A stretch of DNA of 64,000 nucleotides, taken from the human T2T-CHM13v2.0 reference genome, Homo sapiens. The stretch is taken from the NCBI RefSeq assembly GCF_009914755.1, contig NC_060928.1; one strand, 5' to 3'. This document shows, piece by piece, positions 20,595 through 44,258 of this stretch. The notes under the pieces are model-generated. The model was given only the letters and a program-made list of their open reading frames with translations. It had not been told where the DNA came from and did no database searches. The first letter of the stretch is position 1. Every line of letters starts with the position of its first letter. The position numbers and the translations under genes are program-made.

Positions 20595-22369
20595 CTAGGC
20601 AACAGAGACTCCATCTCCAAAAAAAAAAAAATTATGTGATTTTTCTTCTTTAGGATGTTAATATAATAGGTTATATTTGATTAATTTGAAATATTGAACT
20701 AGCCTTGCATCTCTGGAATAAATCTCATTTGGTCATGGCATGTAATTATTTTTGTAAATTGTCTAATTCTGTTTGCTAATATTTTGTTAAGAAATTTTGC
20801 ATCTATATGCATGGGGGATGTTGGTCTGTGGTTTTCTTTTGGGTATTGTCTTTGATTTTGGTGTGAGGTGTGAGAAGTGTTTCCTCTTCTATTTTCTGAC
20901 AGAAATTGCATAAAATTGGTGTTACTTCTTTAAATGTTTGGTAGAATTTCCCAATGAAGTTATCCAGACTTAGAAATTTCTTTATAAGAAATTTTTTATT
21001 TAATTTTGGTTTTAAAATTATGACTCAGTTGATTTAATAATTAAAGGGCTGGGCGCAGTGGCTCACGCCTGTAATCCTAGCACTTTGGGAGGCCAAGGTG
21101 GGTGGATTACCTGAGGTCAGGAGATTAAGACCAGCCTGGCCAACATGGCGAAACCCCATCTGTACTAAAAATACAAAAATTAGCCGGATGTGGTGGCAGG
21201 CACCTATAATCTCAGCTACTCAAGAGGCTGAGGTAGGAGAATCGCTTGAGCCCAGGGAGTAGAGGTTGCAATGAGCCGAGATCACACCAATTCACTCCAG
21301 CCTAAGCGAAAGAGCGAAACTCCATCTCAAATTATGATTCTAGGCTGGGAGCGGTGGCTCACGCCTGTAATCCCAGCACTTTGGGAGTCCGAGGCAGGAG
21401 GATCACGAGGTCAGGAGTTCAAGACCAGCCTGGCCAAGATGGTGAAACCCTGTCTCTATTAAAAATACAAAAATTAGCCAGATGTGGTGGCTAGTGCCTG
21501 TAATCCCAGCTACTCGGGAGGCTGAGGCAGAAACTGCTTGAACCCGGGAGGTGGAGGTTGCAGTGAGCTGAGATCACACCACTGCACTCCAGCCTGGGTG
21601 ACAGAGCGAGACTCCATCTCAAAAAATAAATAAATAAAATAAATATAATTTAAAAATAAATAAATAAAAATAAAATAATAATTATAGGAGTATTCAAATT
21701 ATCTGAATTGTGATAGTTGTGTTTTTGAGAAATGGTCATTTCATCTAAGTTGTAAAATTTATGTGTGTGGAGTTGTGCCTTGTATTGTCTATTTATCCTA
21801 CTCATTTTTAAATATGCTGATCTATTTAATTTTTGTTCCCAGATGGAAAAGAGCTTTATTGTTTTCATTACAGTAAAAAATAGAACATACCCATAGAAAA
21901 ATATATATATAATATAGAATATTTCCCATAAAAGGAAGTAAATCTAACCAATCAAAGATGTTAACATTCTAGTGAAGAACCTTTCAGACATCCATCTATC
22001 CACCCACACAAATACATGAATGTATACATAGATATGTATTTTATATAAATAGGATCATATTATACATGTTCATCTGTAACCATCCCTTTCATTCGACAAA
22101 TCTATGTCAGTGTAGGTCTACACCATCATTTATGATGACCACAAGATATTCCATTGTGTGAATATATTATAATTTACTTAACCCTATCTGATGTTGATTG
22201 TCAAATGGCTAAGTTGTTTCTAGTCTTTTATATAAACAACACTGTGGGTGAATATCCTTGTTCATTTAGCTACAGATGTGTAGCTAACTCTTTAGAATTA
22301 TTTCCTAAGAGAAAGATTACTGGTACGTTCATTGAAAATTCTGATCAATGTTACATAGATATATTATGT

Positions 22370-22514
22370 AGGAAAAAGAAGAAGAAAGAAGAAGAAGAAA
22401 AGAAGGGGAAGAAGGGGAGGAGGAGATGAAGGAGAAGAAGAAGAGGAAGAAGAGGGAGGAGGAGGAGGAAGAAGGAGGAGGAGGAGGTGGAGGAGGAGGA
22501 GGAGGAGAAGGAAA
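22370..22514 (+). repeat. Polypurine (GAA/GGA)n low-complexity tract
   Basis: About 145 nt consisting almost entirely of A and G. Confidence 0.9.
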
Positions 22515-22788
22515 AACTCTGATACATATGATCAAACTACATTCCACAAAAATATATTACCCTATCATCACCTTGCAAACACTGTACTTTTTTTCCCCTC
22601 CTTGCCAAAATAATTTGTGAAAAATAATCAGGTTTTTTTGGTAATACTGTAGTTGTTGTTTTGCTTTTCTTTGATTACTTATGAGATTGATGTGTTTATG
22701 GGGTTTTTTTGTTTTCTTTTGTCTTGTCATTTGTGTTTCCTCTTCAAGCACTACCTAGAAGCAGAAGGTTTCATTAGGCACTCTAGAG

Positions 22789-23122
22789 AGGATGTCCCCA
22801 ACCCCCAGGCTGCAGACCCATACAGTCTGTGGCCTGTTAGGAACCAGGCGGCACAGCAGGAGGTGAGCATGGGCAACTAAGCATTACCGCCTGATCTCTG
22901 CCTCCTGTCAGATCAGTGGCAGCATTAGATTCTCATAGGAGCACAAACCCTATTGTGAACTGCATGTGCAAGGGATCTAGGTTGCATACTCCTTATGAGA
23001 ATCTAATGCCTGATGATCTGAGTTGGAACAGTCTCATCCCCAAACCATTCCCCCACCCCGTCCGTGGAAAAATTGTCTTCCATTAAACCAGTCCCTGGTG
23101 CCAAACAGGTTGGGGATCGCAG
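22789..23122 (+). mobile_element. MER1B hAT-Charlie MITE
   Basis: Consensus motifs (ccccaacccc...; cattagattctcataggag / ctccttatgagaatctaatg); 8-bp TSD ctctagag / ctatagag. Confidence 0.88.
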
Positions 23123-23215
23123 CTATAGAGGGCTGATTTAAGAAGCCCTCTTGGCCAGGCATGGTGGCTCATGCCTGTAATTAAAACACTTTGGGAGGCT
23201 GAGGCAGGAGGATCA

Positions 23216-23498
<283 letters not shown>

Positions 23499-25219
23499 TT
23501 AATACCTTTCCTAAAAACCATGGCAGCTTAAGTAGTTTCATGTTTTTCTAATTTTTTGTTGTTGTTTTTGTAGAGACAAGGTCTCACTATGTTGCCCAGG
23601 CTGGTCTTGAACTCCTGGGCTAAAGTGATCCTCCTGCCTTGGCCTCCCAAACTGCTAGGATTACAGGCATGAGCCACCAAGCCCAGCCCTCATGTTTTCT
23701 AATTTTACTGAAAAGTATTCTTATATCCTTGATATAAAAGAATAAAATAAAAACCTAGTTGGGGATGGATGGGTGATGATGGATTGCATGACAATGTGAA
23801 TATATTTAATGCCACTAACTGTACACTTAAAAGTTGTTAAAAAGGTAAATTTTATGTTTTATATATTTTACCATAGTTTTTTAAACCCAGTTGGGGAAGA
23901 TAGATATAGATATTTTTGCATACAAACAAGAACTTTGACTTCATTAGTTTATGACAGAAGAATTGACTCTCAGTCTACTCTCCTTAAAAGAAAAAAAATG
24001 AGATTAAAGAAAGCGTGGCCAATATTCCACTTTCATGTTCCATACACTAAGAAATATGAGCTTCTTAAAAATTTAAATCTATCCTTGTTTTATTTTGAGA
24101 TGTATAAAATAATAAATAATATCATCAATAAACTTAATAAGTAACGGGTACATTAGAGAAACATAAATAAATGATATCCTCATCTTAAATACTTTGCTTA
24201 TATGCCACAAATTTACTTCCAAAAATAATGATACTACATGTAAGTTCATTTATATATCAAACTATGTTTGAGACAAAATAATTTATCAAATCTTCTGGGA
24301 TGATGGCTTTTTTTTTTTTTTTTTTTGAGACAGAGTTTCACTCTTTGTTGCCCAGGCTGGAGTGCAACGGCGTGATCTCAACTTACTGAAGCCTCCATCT
24401 CCCGGGTTCAAGTGATTCTCCTGCCTCAGCTCCCGAGTATCTGGGATTACAGGCATGCACCACCACGCCTGGCTAATTTTGTAGTTTTAGTAGAGACAGA
24501 GTTTCTCCATGTTGGTCAGGCTGGTATTGAACTCCTGGCCTCAGGTGATCTGACTGCCTCGGCCTCCCGAAGTGCTGGGATTGATGGCTTTTAAAGTTCC
24601 TTTTATGCTTCGGTTCTAGTTCAAAAGGCTTAGAGGTCCTCTTCCTGCCACTTGCTGATGTTTTTTGGTAATGTTATTCAGTAATTTGATCACATTTCAT
24701 TATTGACTGTCATTTTCATTAACACCTACTAATATTTCCCCAGCTTCTGTTAGAGACTGACTACCTGGCTTGGTGACACAGGTCCTGTGGCCAGATCATT
24801 GAGTCATCACATGCAACTAGGACCTTCCAATAGTCTAGGGAACCACAGTTGAATTGTGGAAAAGTCTGGAAAAGGACTAAGAGAAGACCTTGCCCTTGCT
24901 TTGGGGGCTCTGATGCCCAAGTTCTCCTGTGGAACCTCTGCTCTCTTCACATATACACAGAACCTTCCTTACAGTGCTGGGACTCAGGAGGAAAGGATTC
25001 TTAGGGGTATGGAAAGGGGGTTGGAAGTGGAGTCTTCTGCTCCTGCTATTTGCCTGGTACCCACGGTCTTCAGGTAAGAGGTCGCTGAGGAGATAGCAGA
25101 GTCCAATTCCATTCTGACCACCTCCCCTTACAACCCATTCTCCACCCACATGCCAAATGTTTTATGTTTCATATTTTATGTTTCTTGATTTGCTTTATAT
25201 TTAAAAACACAAATCAGGT

Positions 25220-25646
25220 GTAGTCATTCCTGTGTTGCTTACCCTCCAATGACTTTCCATTGCTTTTAGAATGAAATCCAAACTCCTATGACAGCTGTGA
25301 CCTGGCTCCTGCCACACTGACTCCCCTTTCTGTCCTAGGGAATGTCACCAAATGCTTTCCCAGCTCCAGCTCTTCCTAAAGGTAGGCTCATTCTCACCCT
25401 CCAGTTCCAATTCAAATATCACTCGCTCTCTATCACATTGTCTTATTTACTTCCTTCACAGCACTGACCACACTCTATATCTATCGTGTTTATTTTTATT
25501 TTTTTGGATTATTGTCTGTCTCTCCTCCCTCAATTAGAATGTAAGTTCCATACAGACACCTTTGTCTGTCTTGTGTATTGCATCCCCAGCATCTAGCACT
25601 GTGCCTGGAATGTGCTAAGTGAGCAACATGAGTGTTTGTGGAATGA
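25220..25646 (+). mobile_element. L2 3' end fragment
   Basis: tagaatgtaagttccat...atctagcactgtgcctgg...gtttgtggaatga motifs. Confidence 0.75.
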
Positions 25647-26541
25647 CCCCTATACCCTCCACCCCAAATCAGCATAATTGTCCATAAAACTGAGCTTCCC
25701 AATACATACGAACTTGTGGAAAAACCAGTACCTTGCAATCCTAGAATTTATAATCTAAGGTTCATTCTTAAAGAAAAAGACAAATAGTCAATGTGCTAGA
25801 AGAGTGTCTCTGTCCTACCCCCAAAACAGATAAAAAAAATCAAGATGAACTTACCATTTTGAAAGGAAAACACATAGTGGCCTATACCCACATCTTCCCA
25901 GGTGTGGAAAAGACCAGATATTTGCTGAACTTCTATGTAGGCTCTATCCTCAGGAAGTTGTAACTGGAATGTAGAGATGTAAAGCATAAACCTCTTTTGA
26001 GTTGTACTCAGAGACATGGTTTGAATGGAGTCTAGAAAAATGCACACGAGAAGCAAGAATCCACCTGTGTGTATCAAACACTGTACACTCTAGGGGAAAG
26101 AATATCTGTTTTTAAATAACCTTCTTTAAACATAATTATTCCCAAATGCCGAAAAGAAATCCTTTCATAGCGAGCACACCAATAGGAACTGTGACACGCC
26201 CAGCTGGCTCCCGTGCAGTCCCCTCCTGCTCTTCCTTCTAGCCTGTTGACCCAGGCACTACAGCCAGCGGTAGCTTCTCCCCAGTTGTTCTAGACAAGCT
26301 CCTTCCAAGGAAGCTGTAAGTTACCCAGGAGGTGGGGTGCTGGAAGTGAGGATGGTTTTTTCTCTCTTTTTTGAATGATTGAATGTCTTAAAGTGAGACT
26401 GTACTCATCTATTATTTAGATCAATTTTTTAAAATAATAAGAGAACATAATTTTACTTAAAAAACAAACCTCTAGCTTGCCTTCTCAGAATGAGACTCTC
26501 TGTCTTCCTGGTTGACAACCACTTGAAAAACAATTTGGTAA

Positions 26542-26895
<354 letters not shown>

Positions 26896-27184
26896 TGATG
26901 GAAATGTTCTTATCTGTATTGTTGTGGTGATTGCATAAGTATATATATTTGTGAAAACTCAGAGAACTGTGCACTTACAAATGGAGGCAAATTTTGAGAT
27001 CACTGAATTGCGAGGTATGACAGTTTAAGGCTGCTCATTTGGCAAATTGAAATGATCAGGAATCTGGCTGGGCACGATGGCTCATGCCTGTAATCCCAGC
27101 ACTTTGGCAGACCGAGGCAGGCGGATCATGAGGTCAGGAGATCAAGACCATCCTGGCTAACACAGTGAAACCCCTTCTCTACTA

Positions 27185-27379
<195 letters not shown>

Positions 27380-27947
27380 TCAGGAATCAAGGGTCTTCCT
27401 GGATGGCAGACATATACTCTTGAAAATTTGGCTTTGGTAATTGGACTTTCCCCTCATGACTGGTTGTCATTTTCAAAGTATATAGAAATAAAACTTTCTG
27501 CTCTCCAGCCCTCCCCTTGCTCCCTGTTAGGGCTTCTATTTAATTGATCTGATTGGGCAGTCCATGATCACCTCTCTAGTTAAGATACTGCCTTACTGAT
27601 GTTGAGGATCCCCTAAACGAAGACTTTAACTAGAATCTGAGCCTTAGTCTTGGAAAGGCAGCATTGTGGTGACTTGGGGTTGTCGCTTCAAACAGAAATT
27701 CTTGCCTTAAGGTTTTTTGGGATTGTCGTTGTTTTGTTTTGTTTGTTTTTGAGACACTCACTCTGTTGCCCAGGCTGGAGTACAGTGGTGCCACTTACGG
27801 CTCACTTTAGCCTTGACCTCCGAAACTCAGGTGATCCTCCCACCTCAGCCTCCTGAGTACCTGGGACTACACGTGCGTGCCACTACGCCCAGCTAATTAT
27901 TGTTTTTTGTTTTTTGTTTTTTTTTTTGTAGAAATGGGGTTTCACCA

Positions 27948-28295
<348 letters not shown>

Positions 28296-28453
28296 TCAAG
28301 CGATCTATCCACCTTGGCCTCCCAAAGTGCTAGGATTACAGGCATGAGTCACTGCACCCAGCCTTAAGGTTTTTTAAATTAATGTTTGTAAATGGGGAAA
28401 GCATACCTGAAATTGAAATAGAGGATACTGGAGTAGATGTGTGGTTCAAATAA

Positions 28454-28770
<317 letters not shown>

Positions 28771-28845
28771 TGATCCGTCCGTCTCGGCCTCCCAAAGTGC
28801 TGGGATTACAGGCGTGAGCCACCGCGCCCGGCCTTGTTTGTTTGA

Positions 28846-29139
<294 letters not shown>

Positions 29140-30977
29140 TAAGAGATTCCTGAAGAAGCATTAGTTAAAAGTGATAGTAGAAAGACAGACATTTAATATT
29201 CTATGTGCTGCTTAGCTATTCCTGTTAGGTTCACTCCATTTCAGCCTGTTCATTAGCTCCCAAGGATGTCTGTGAGCAGATAAGTGGCGTCTTCGTGACA
29301 GTAATCCTTGGAGTGTGAGGCCTGCAGCACTGGGCCACGACCATGGAGGCTGCCTGTTAAAATGCAGGTTCCTGGGTTCTACCGCAAACCTCTCGCACCT
29401 CCATGAGTGGACCAGGGACCTCCGTCTTGGATGATATCCCCAGTGATGTTAATGTGCTCCCGGTTTTGGGAATCATTGTTGCTTCCCTTTGGAGATAACT
29501 GTTGAAGATGGGAGGACACTGCTCTTCAGGAGACAGCAAAACACTCCTAAGAAGGCTGAAGGGCTGAGAGCCTACCTTACAGAGAAAACAGTGGCTAGCA
29601 GAGCTTCACAAAGCGCCAAACCAGGAGTTCGGGTCGTGTCGTCTTTGCAGGTGTCGCCAGCTGGAAGAAGACCTAGTGGCACTCTTGAAAACTGTGAGTC
29701 CTTTGTAGAAGATGCTGTGGCCTCGTACTCATGGAACCCATTTATGCATTTCCCCCTTTGGGAAAGTTGCATCACAAGGTTTCCTCCTGGCTTCCTAAAG
29801 TAAAACTTTCAGAGCTTTTTGCCCACAACAGGGAACTGACACTCCATGGTTACTAAGAAACTTTCAGACATCTGAGAGAGCAGGTCATCTTGAACTTGGT
29901 GGTCAAGAGCCCAGGCTGAACAGTAGTTCAGTCAAGTATCATGGCAATAATCCCAGCCAGCCCTGCAGAATTCACAGGAAGCCCAGCTCCTCCTCCCTTA
30001 CAACTTCCCAGGACCACTTTGGACCCCTAACGGACTAGTCCCCACATGGCTCCACAGAGGTGACTTCGATGGTTCAAATGACTATCAGAAGAATCTGTAC
30101 TGGAGCTAGGCAACCTTTGGGAATCACCAGATGAAGTTTTGGATGTAACTCACTGTTAGGGCCATTCAGCAAGATCTGTTAAGAAAGTGAAGCACCTTTG
30201 GGCCAGACACGGTGGCTCACGCCTGTAATCCTAGCACTTTGAGAGGCCAAGGTGGGTGAATCATTTGAGGTCAGGAGTTCAAGGCCAGCCTGGCCAACAT
30301 GGTGAAACCTCATTTCTACTAAAAATACAAAAAATTAGCCCGACAGTAGTGGTGCATGCCTATAATCCCAGCTACTCCAGAGGCTGAGGCAAGGTCATCG
30401 CTTGAGCCTTGAGGATGAGGTGGAGATGGAGTGGTAGGGAGATGGGGTGAGATTTTTTTTTTTAATTGGCCAGGCACAGTGGCTTATGCCTGTAATCCCA
30501 GCTCTTTGGGGAGCCAAGGTGAGAGGATCACTGGAGGCCAGGAGTTGGAAACCAGGCTGGGCAACATAGGGAGATCCCCATCTTTACAAAAAATAACAAA
30601 AATAATAATAAAATTAGCCAGGTGTGGCAGCATGTGCCCATAGTCCTAGTGGCTCAGAAGGCTGAGGCAGGAGAATCACTTGAACCCAGGGGCTCGAAGC
30701 TGCAGTGAGCCATGATCATGCCACTAAACTCCAGCCTGAGTGAAAAAGCGAAACCCTCTGTCTTAAAAAAGAAAAAAACAATGTAATATGGCAGGAGATG
30801 CTTTGAAGCTACACAATAAATACACATTTTACTCCAAGAATTGGGAATAAAATAATTTTATTTAAAATGAACATAGATATGTCATGATGTAGAAGGCCAA
30901 AATTGCACCAATTTGCCCGGGCACAGTGGCTCATGCCTGTAATCCCAGCCCTTTGGGAGGCTGAGGTGGGTGGATCA

Positions 30978-31484
<507 letters not shown>

Positions 31485-31846
31485 TTATACCATTGCACTC
31501 CAGCCTGGGTGACAGAGCAAGACTCCACATAAAAAAAAAAAGTTGCACTAATTTTTATGATGAAATAGGAAACTTGAAATAAATTTTACAATGTGTCAGT
31601 TCCTGTGGACTAACCCAGCTTGAGAAGCCCCTCATGGCCTGCATTGTCTCCAGTGTATTCTCTGGCCTCATGATTTTCTGATCTTATTATCAATTGCAGA
31701 GTTTACTGTATTTGGAACCGACAGCCGTCTAAGCCTCAACTGTATTTACTTCTGACTTAGTATTGATTTTAGAGCCTTCTAATTGATTTAAAAAATCATA
31801 TTTTAAACAGAAATATTCTGATTTCTTTTCTTTTTTTTTTTTTTGA

Positions 31847-32127
<281 letters not shown>

Positions 32128-32171
32128 TGATGCATTTTTTTTGTTTGTTTGTTTTTTGTTTTTTTTTTTAG

Positions 32172-32273
<102 letters not shown>

Positions 32274-32967
32274 TGAGTAGTTGGGACTACAGGCACACGG
32301 CACCACGCCCAGCTAATTTTTGTTAATTTTAGTAGAGATGGGATTTCACCAAATTGATCAGGCTGGTTTCAAACTCCTGACTTCAGGTGATCCACCTGCC
32401 TCAGCCTCCCAAAGAGGTGGGATTACAGGTGTGAGCCACCGTGCCCGGCCCTGATGCTGTTAAAGTTTGAAAAAGGCCAATGATCCTATTGGGATGGAGC
32501 TGCTATGTAATAATATTATTACTACTAGAAAATTTAGTTTTCCAGTCCGTTCATACAGGTTTAAGAATATTTGCTGATTTGCAAGAAAGGGTCTCAATTC
32601 CAATGTAAATAATTCTATGTCACCCTAAAGCCACACAGTTTTAACTCATGGCTACATGTACAGCCTAGCAGTTCCTTTGGTGCTAACCTTCCAGACAAAG
32701 TTCTCTGAGCTAGATCATTCAAGGGTGAACCTCTTAATTGTGCAGCTTCATGTCACTGATGTGATCCTATTATGGTGTCTGCTTGAAGGTTGTGGTTCAA
32801 TTTTAAATAAAACCTTAGTAGAATTACTAGCAATTTTAGTGTTTGCTCCCTACAATTATTTTATCAGCTAATGAAAAGTTTAAGAACACAATTTGGAGGA
32901 CTATCAAATTGGTTCTAGACATCTGATAGATGGGTATGCAAATGAGTCAATTTAGAGATATACATGA

Positions 32968-33186
<219 letters not shown>

Positions 33187-33189
33187 TGA

Positions 33190-33401
<212 letters not shown>

Positions 33402-33736
33402 TGAACTCCCGACCTCAGGTTATCCGCCCGCCTGGGCCTCCCAAAGTGCTGGGATTACAGGCTTGAGCCACCACACCCAGCCCATATTTCCTTGTTTACA
33501 GATATACATATATATATAGTATCATCAAGGTGTATCAACATTTGATTATAATGAGATACATGATACATTGGCTATTATTTACATGGACAAGTAGGTCAGA
33601 GCCTGACTCTCTAATATCAACAAAAATCAGGGTGGTTAGTTTGCCCTAACACTAACACAGTTTGCTAGGTGACTGAACAGCAAAAAGGAGGGAACAGGGA
33701 TCTGAAATCTTAGACACAAGGAACTTCATTTTCTAA

Positions 33737-33925
<189 letters not shown>

Positions 33926-34630
33926 TAGCTGGGATTACAGGTGCCTGTCACCACTCCCAGCTAATGTTTTCCTTTTTCGTAGAGATGGGGTTTCACCATG
34001 TTAGTCAGGCTGGTCTCAAACTCCTGACCTCAGGTGATGCACCCACCTCAGCCTCCCAAAGTGCTGCGATTACAGGCATGAGCCACTGCACCAGCCCTGA
34101 TGATGTTTAAACCAAACAAAAAAGTAAGACTGGGGCCACCACGCTTGCTACACTGGAGGACAGAATATTTAGACACTAGGTTAAAAACCTGTGAGAACGT
34201 CCTGAAAGTTAAAGAACTGTCATAGAACAGGTTCTATCATGAGCCTGTTACTAACACAGCCTAGGCTGGTCAGCACAGGGCAGGGAAATCACAAATTTCC
34301 TAGTCATTATTAGGTCAAGAAAAGTAGATCTTGAAAAAGAATTAGAAAATGACTAGCTATAATTTGTACCTTTGATGAATGTAATTCTAAAATTTTGTTT
34401 AATTTAAGAGACCATTTTAATTTACAAGATGTTAAAATGTGAAAACAAACAAACATGAGTCTTAGAATTAATGACAGGCAGCTTGGTAGATAAAGGCTGG
34501 AATGAGGAACACATTGCTTTAACCTGGAAAGAAAAGACAAATGCATGTAAAAACATAATTACCAGCTGCCGGGGCACGGTGGCTCACGCCTGTAATCCCA
34601 GCACTCTGGGAGGCGGAGGCGGGTGGATCA

Positions 34631-35284
<654 letters not shown>

Positions 35285-35349
35285 TAATCTGCCCACCTCG
35301 GCCTCCCAAGTGCTGGGATTACAGGCGTGAGCCACTGTGCCCGGCCAAG

Positions 35350-36715
<1,366 letters not shown>

Positions 36716-36973
36716 CACAATCCAGGGGCTGAGATTAAAAGAGAAGAAAAAACAATCCATATAATGTCTGTTTATAATTTTCATTTTTTCCTGTACCCCC
36801 ACCCCCCCATCCTCCTCCTTTTTTTGAGACAAGATCTCACTCAGTCGCCCAGGCTGGAGTGCAGTAGCTGATAATAGCTCACTGCAATAAGCTGAAAATT
36901 GTAATATTAGTAGAATAACTATACCTTTTCTGTTTATTAGCTCCTTCTCCTCAACTTATAAATATTTTGAGGT

Positions 36974-37988
<1,015 letters not shown>

Positions 37989-38813
37989 AGGTTGCTTCAA
38001 TCTTAAGAGAAAAGAAAACTACCTAGTTCTTTCTCTCATTGTTCTTTGATTGGTGTCCTTCCTTCCCACCTCATTAACCAATGCAGTCTGATTTCCACCA
38101 CCAGGGCCCCTACCTGGAACTATTTCATACTGAGGTTGAAATGGCCTTCAGGGCTGGGCGTGGTGGCTCACACCTGCAAGCCCAGCACTTTGGGAGGCTG
38201 AGGCAGGCGGATCACCTGAAGTCAGGAGCTTGAGACCAGCCTGACCAAAGTGGAGAAACTCTCTCTCTACTAAAAATACAAAATTAGCTGGGTGTGGTGG
38301 CACATCCCTGTAATCCCAGTTACTCAGAGGCTGAGGCAGGACAATTGTTTGAACCTGGGAGGCGGAGGTTGTGGTGAGCCGAGATTGCATCATTGCACTA
38401 CAGCCTGGGCGACAAGAGCGAAACTCTGTCTCAAAAAAAAAAAAAAAATGGCCTTCCAGCCAGGCATGGTGGCTCATACCTGTAATCCCAGCACTTTGGG
38501 ATACCAAGGTGGATGGATCACCTGAAGCTGGGAGTTCGTGACCAGCCTAGACAACATGGCGAAACCCTGTCTCTACTAAAAATACAAAAAAAAATCAGCT
38601 ACTCAGGAGGCTGAGGCATGAGAATTACTTGAGCCTGGGAGGCAGAGACTGCAGTGAGCCGAGATCAGGTCTCTGCACTCCAGCCTGGGCAACAAAGCGG
38701 ATTCTGTCTCAATAAATAAATAAATGACAAAATCCAAGGGATTCAGTCCCCATCTTGACCTCTTGGGATAATTCATCACTGTTACACCCTTCTAGAAGTT
38801 GTTTCCTTACTCC

Positions 38814-39573
<760 letters not shown>

Positions 39574-39865
39574 CTCTCAAGACACCAATCACTCCTTGTT
39601 CTCCTCCGGCCAAGTCTCAAGTCTCTTTCCCTCCTGCCAACTCCTTAAAGGTACAAGTTTCATAGGATTTTTATCCCTAAGGTTTTTTCTATTTCACTTA
39701 AAAGACCTTTTTCTGGGTCAACTCATTAGTCATGGCTTCAATTACTGAACTCCCAACAGAATTGGGCTCTGACCCTGCTATGAACTTTAGGGCAATGGTT
39801 TATTCTTCTTTACTTATGTATTTGTCTGTTCGTTTGTTTGTTTGGTTTGTTTGTTTATTTATTAG

Positions 39866-40081
<216 letters not shown>

Positions 40082-40524
40082 TGAGCCTCATCTCCCAAAG
40101 TGCTGGGATTACAGGCATAAGCTACCATGCCGGGCCCATAGTTTCAATTGTTTACAAAGTGACTCCACCTGTATGTTCCATGGACACATCACAATTATAT
40201 GTTCACATATCAACTCACTATCTTCCCCTGAGAGCAGCATCTCCACTTGTTATCCCCATTTGGTTCCATTATCCATCAGTTACCAAAGTCATCACTAGAT
40301 TCCATTATCTCCTGCCTCAGCCCCGAGATTCAATGTCACTCAACCCTATGGTTTCTGTCTCCTTTGCAGTTCTTAAATCCATCTCCTTTCCACCATCCTG
40401 CCCCCAGTTTATTTATCTGGGAGGTGGCATCGAGGGAGGAAGAGGGATGTGCATTAGAACAACCTGTGTAATGTTAACCAGAAAACATACAAGCCCAGCG
40501 TGGTGGTTCACACCTGTAATCCTA

Positions 40525-40752
<228 letters not shown>

Positions 40753-40817
40753 TTACAAAGTGAGACCTCTCAAAAAATTAAATAATAAACAAACAACCAG
40801 CCGGGCACGGTGGCTCA

Positions 40818-41192
<375 letters not shown>

Positions 41193-41524
41193 TCAACACT
41201 GCTGGCAGAAAGATCCAATGATCCTTCAAAAATGCAAACTGTCTGTTTAGCCTTTCACTGGGTCTCTAGGATGAAAGTCCAAACTCCTCTCAAACCCGTC
41301 ACCTTGGGTTCTTGCCCACAGCTTCCACCTCACCTGCGGCCACTCCCTATGGACATCCCGCACTCAACCCTTATCAGATTGCAGCACTTGCTGTTCCTGG
41401 AACACGCCTTCTTTCCTCGCCTTAGTGTTCTCTTCTCTGTGGATATCCTCTGTGATACCTTTCCACTTGGTAGTCACTTTGTTCAAAACGCCTCTCCTGA
41501 CTTCTCTAGGCAATTAGTTATTTC

Positions 41525-42852
<1,328 letters not shown>

Positions 42853-43241
42853 TTTCCTCTTCTCTGGTCCCACAATACTTTGTCCATAAGTGATTCTGTA
42901 CTTATTAGCAGATAATTACAAGTATTTTTGTTTATACAATGTCTTACCCCCTAAACTGTCAATAGATTTTGTTCAATTTATTTTTGTATGCTCTAATATA
43001 GAGCCTGGCACATAATGTGTATTCAACAAATGTTTACTGAATAAATTTTCAAGGGAATAAGTTTTAATTTCTATCTTTCTGATTGCTTAGTGTTTAATAT
43101 ATTATAAAAAATATGATTCAGGCCGAGCGTGGTGGCTCATGCCTGTAATCCCAGCACTTTGGGAGACTGAGGCGAGGGGATCACCTGAGGTCAGGAGTTT
43201 GAGACCAGCCTGGACAATATGATGAAACCTTGTCTCTACTA

Positions 43242-43403
<162 letters not shown>

Positions 43404-43594
43404 TCAAATAAATAAATAAAAAAAAATAAATAATATGATGCACTTTCAGGATAGCATGCTCTTTGAATCTCTTTAAATAGTGACAGTTTATATTTGAACA
43501 GTTATTTTTTCATTTTTCAAAGCACTTTTCCCCAACATTTTATTATGAAAATCTCCAAATATATGGGGGAAAAATAATTGTAAGTGAACACTTG

Positions 43595-44096
43595 TGTCGG
43601 GACTCAGAAACTGATAGCCCAAAATATGGGGCTTTGACCGGCTGAATGGAAGCCTCAAGGTCTCTCTGACCTCACTGCCCAGCACCATCTCTCCCAAAGC
43701 ACAGGATGAAGTTGAAGTTCCTTTATCTGGCTACAATCCGAACCCACCAAAAGGAACAATTGTTTTTTCTTCCCCTCCTTGTAAGACCAAAAATGTAACC
43801 ACCTGAACAGACCCTTTCACAAGATAATGTGCAAGTTCATCCCTGTGCCCTGATCCATTCACTTTCCCTAGTCATCTCCTCAACAGAATGCCTCTGCTCC
43901 CCTCTCCCCAAGTCTGTTGGCCAGGATGGTAGACAAGCTTCTGAACCCCGTTGGGGGTGTGTAATCACTCTGTGATTCTCCCCATGTACATGTTAATAAA
44001 TGCATATGCCTTTTCTCCCATTAATCTGCCTTTTGTGAGTTGATTTTTCAGCAAACTTCAGAGGGCAAAGGGAACATTTTTCCCATGGTCCCTATA
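43595..44096 (+). mobile_element. ERV1 solo LTR (MER39-like)
   Basis: tgtcgggactcagaaac...cccaaaatatgg start; aataaa...cagcaaacttcagagggcaaaggg end region. Confidence 0.72.
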
Positions 44097-44205
44097 CCCA
44101 TATATACCCACTACCTAGATTCAAAATCAACATTTTGCTATATTTGCAAAACACTTTTCATAGGCTAATTTTATTATCACCTTTTTAAAAAAATTCTTTT
44201 TACAA

Positions 44206-44258
44206 GTACTGCTCCTTGTGGAGCAGGACTACTCGATAGACAGTGTGCCCAGAGTAGC
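44206..44258 (-). mobile_element. 53-nt retroposed structured RNA fragment (probably derived from an ERV1 LTR R region), with A-rich tail and TSD
   Basis: Minus strand reads GCTACTCTGGGCACACTGTCTATCGAGTAGTCCTGCTCCACAAGGAGCAGTAC, followed by a degenerate A-rich tail. TSD core ttattatca at 44171-44179 and 44259-44267, each followed by T runs. Confidence 0.7.

Noticed and set aside
22154-22620. Poly-Glu/Gly/Pro/Lys ORFs
   Set aside because: Translations of the GAA/GGA simple repeat.
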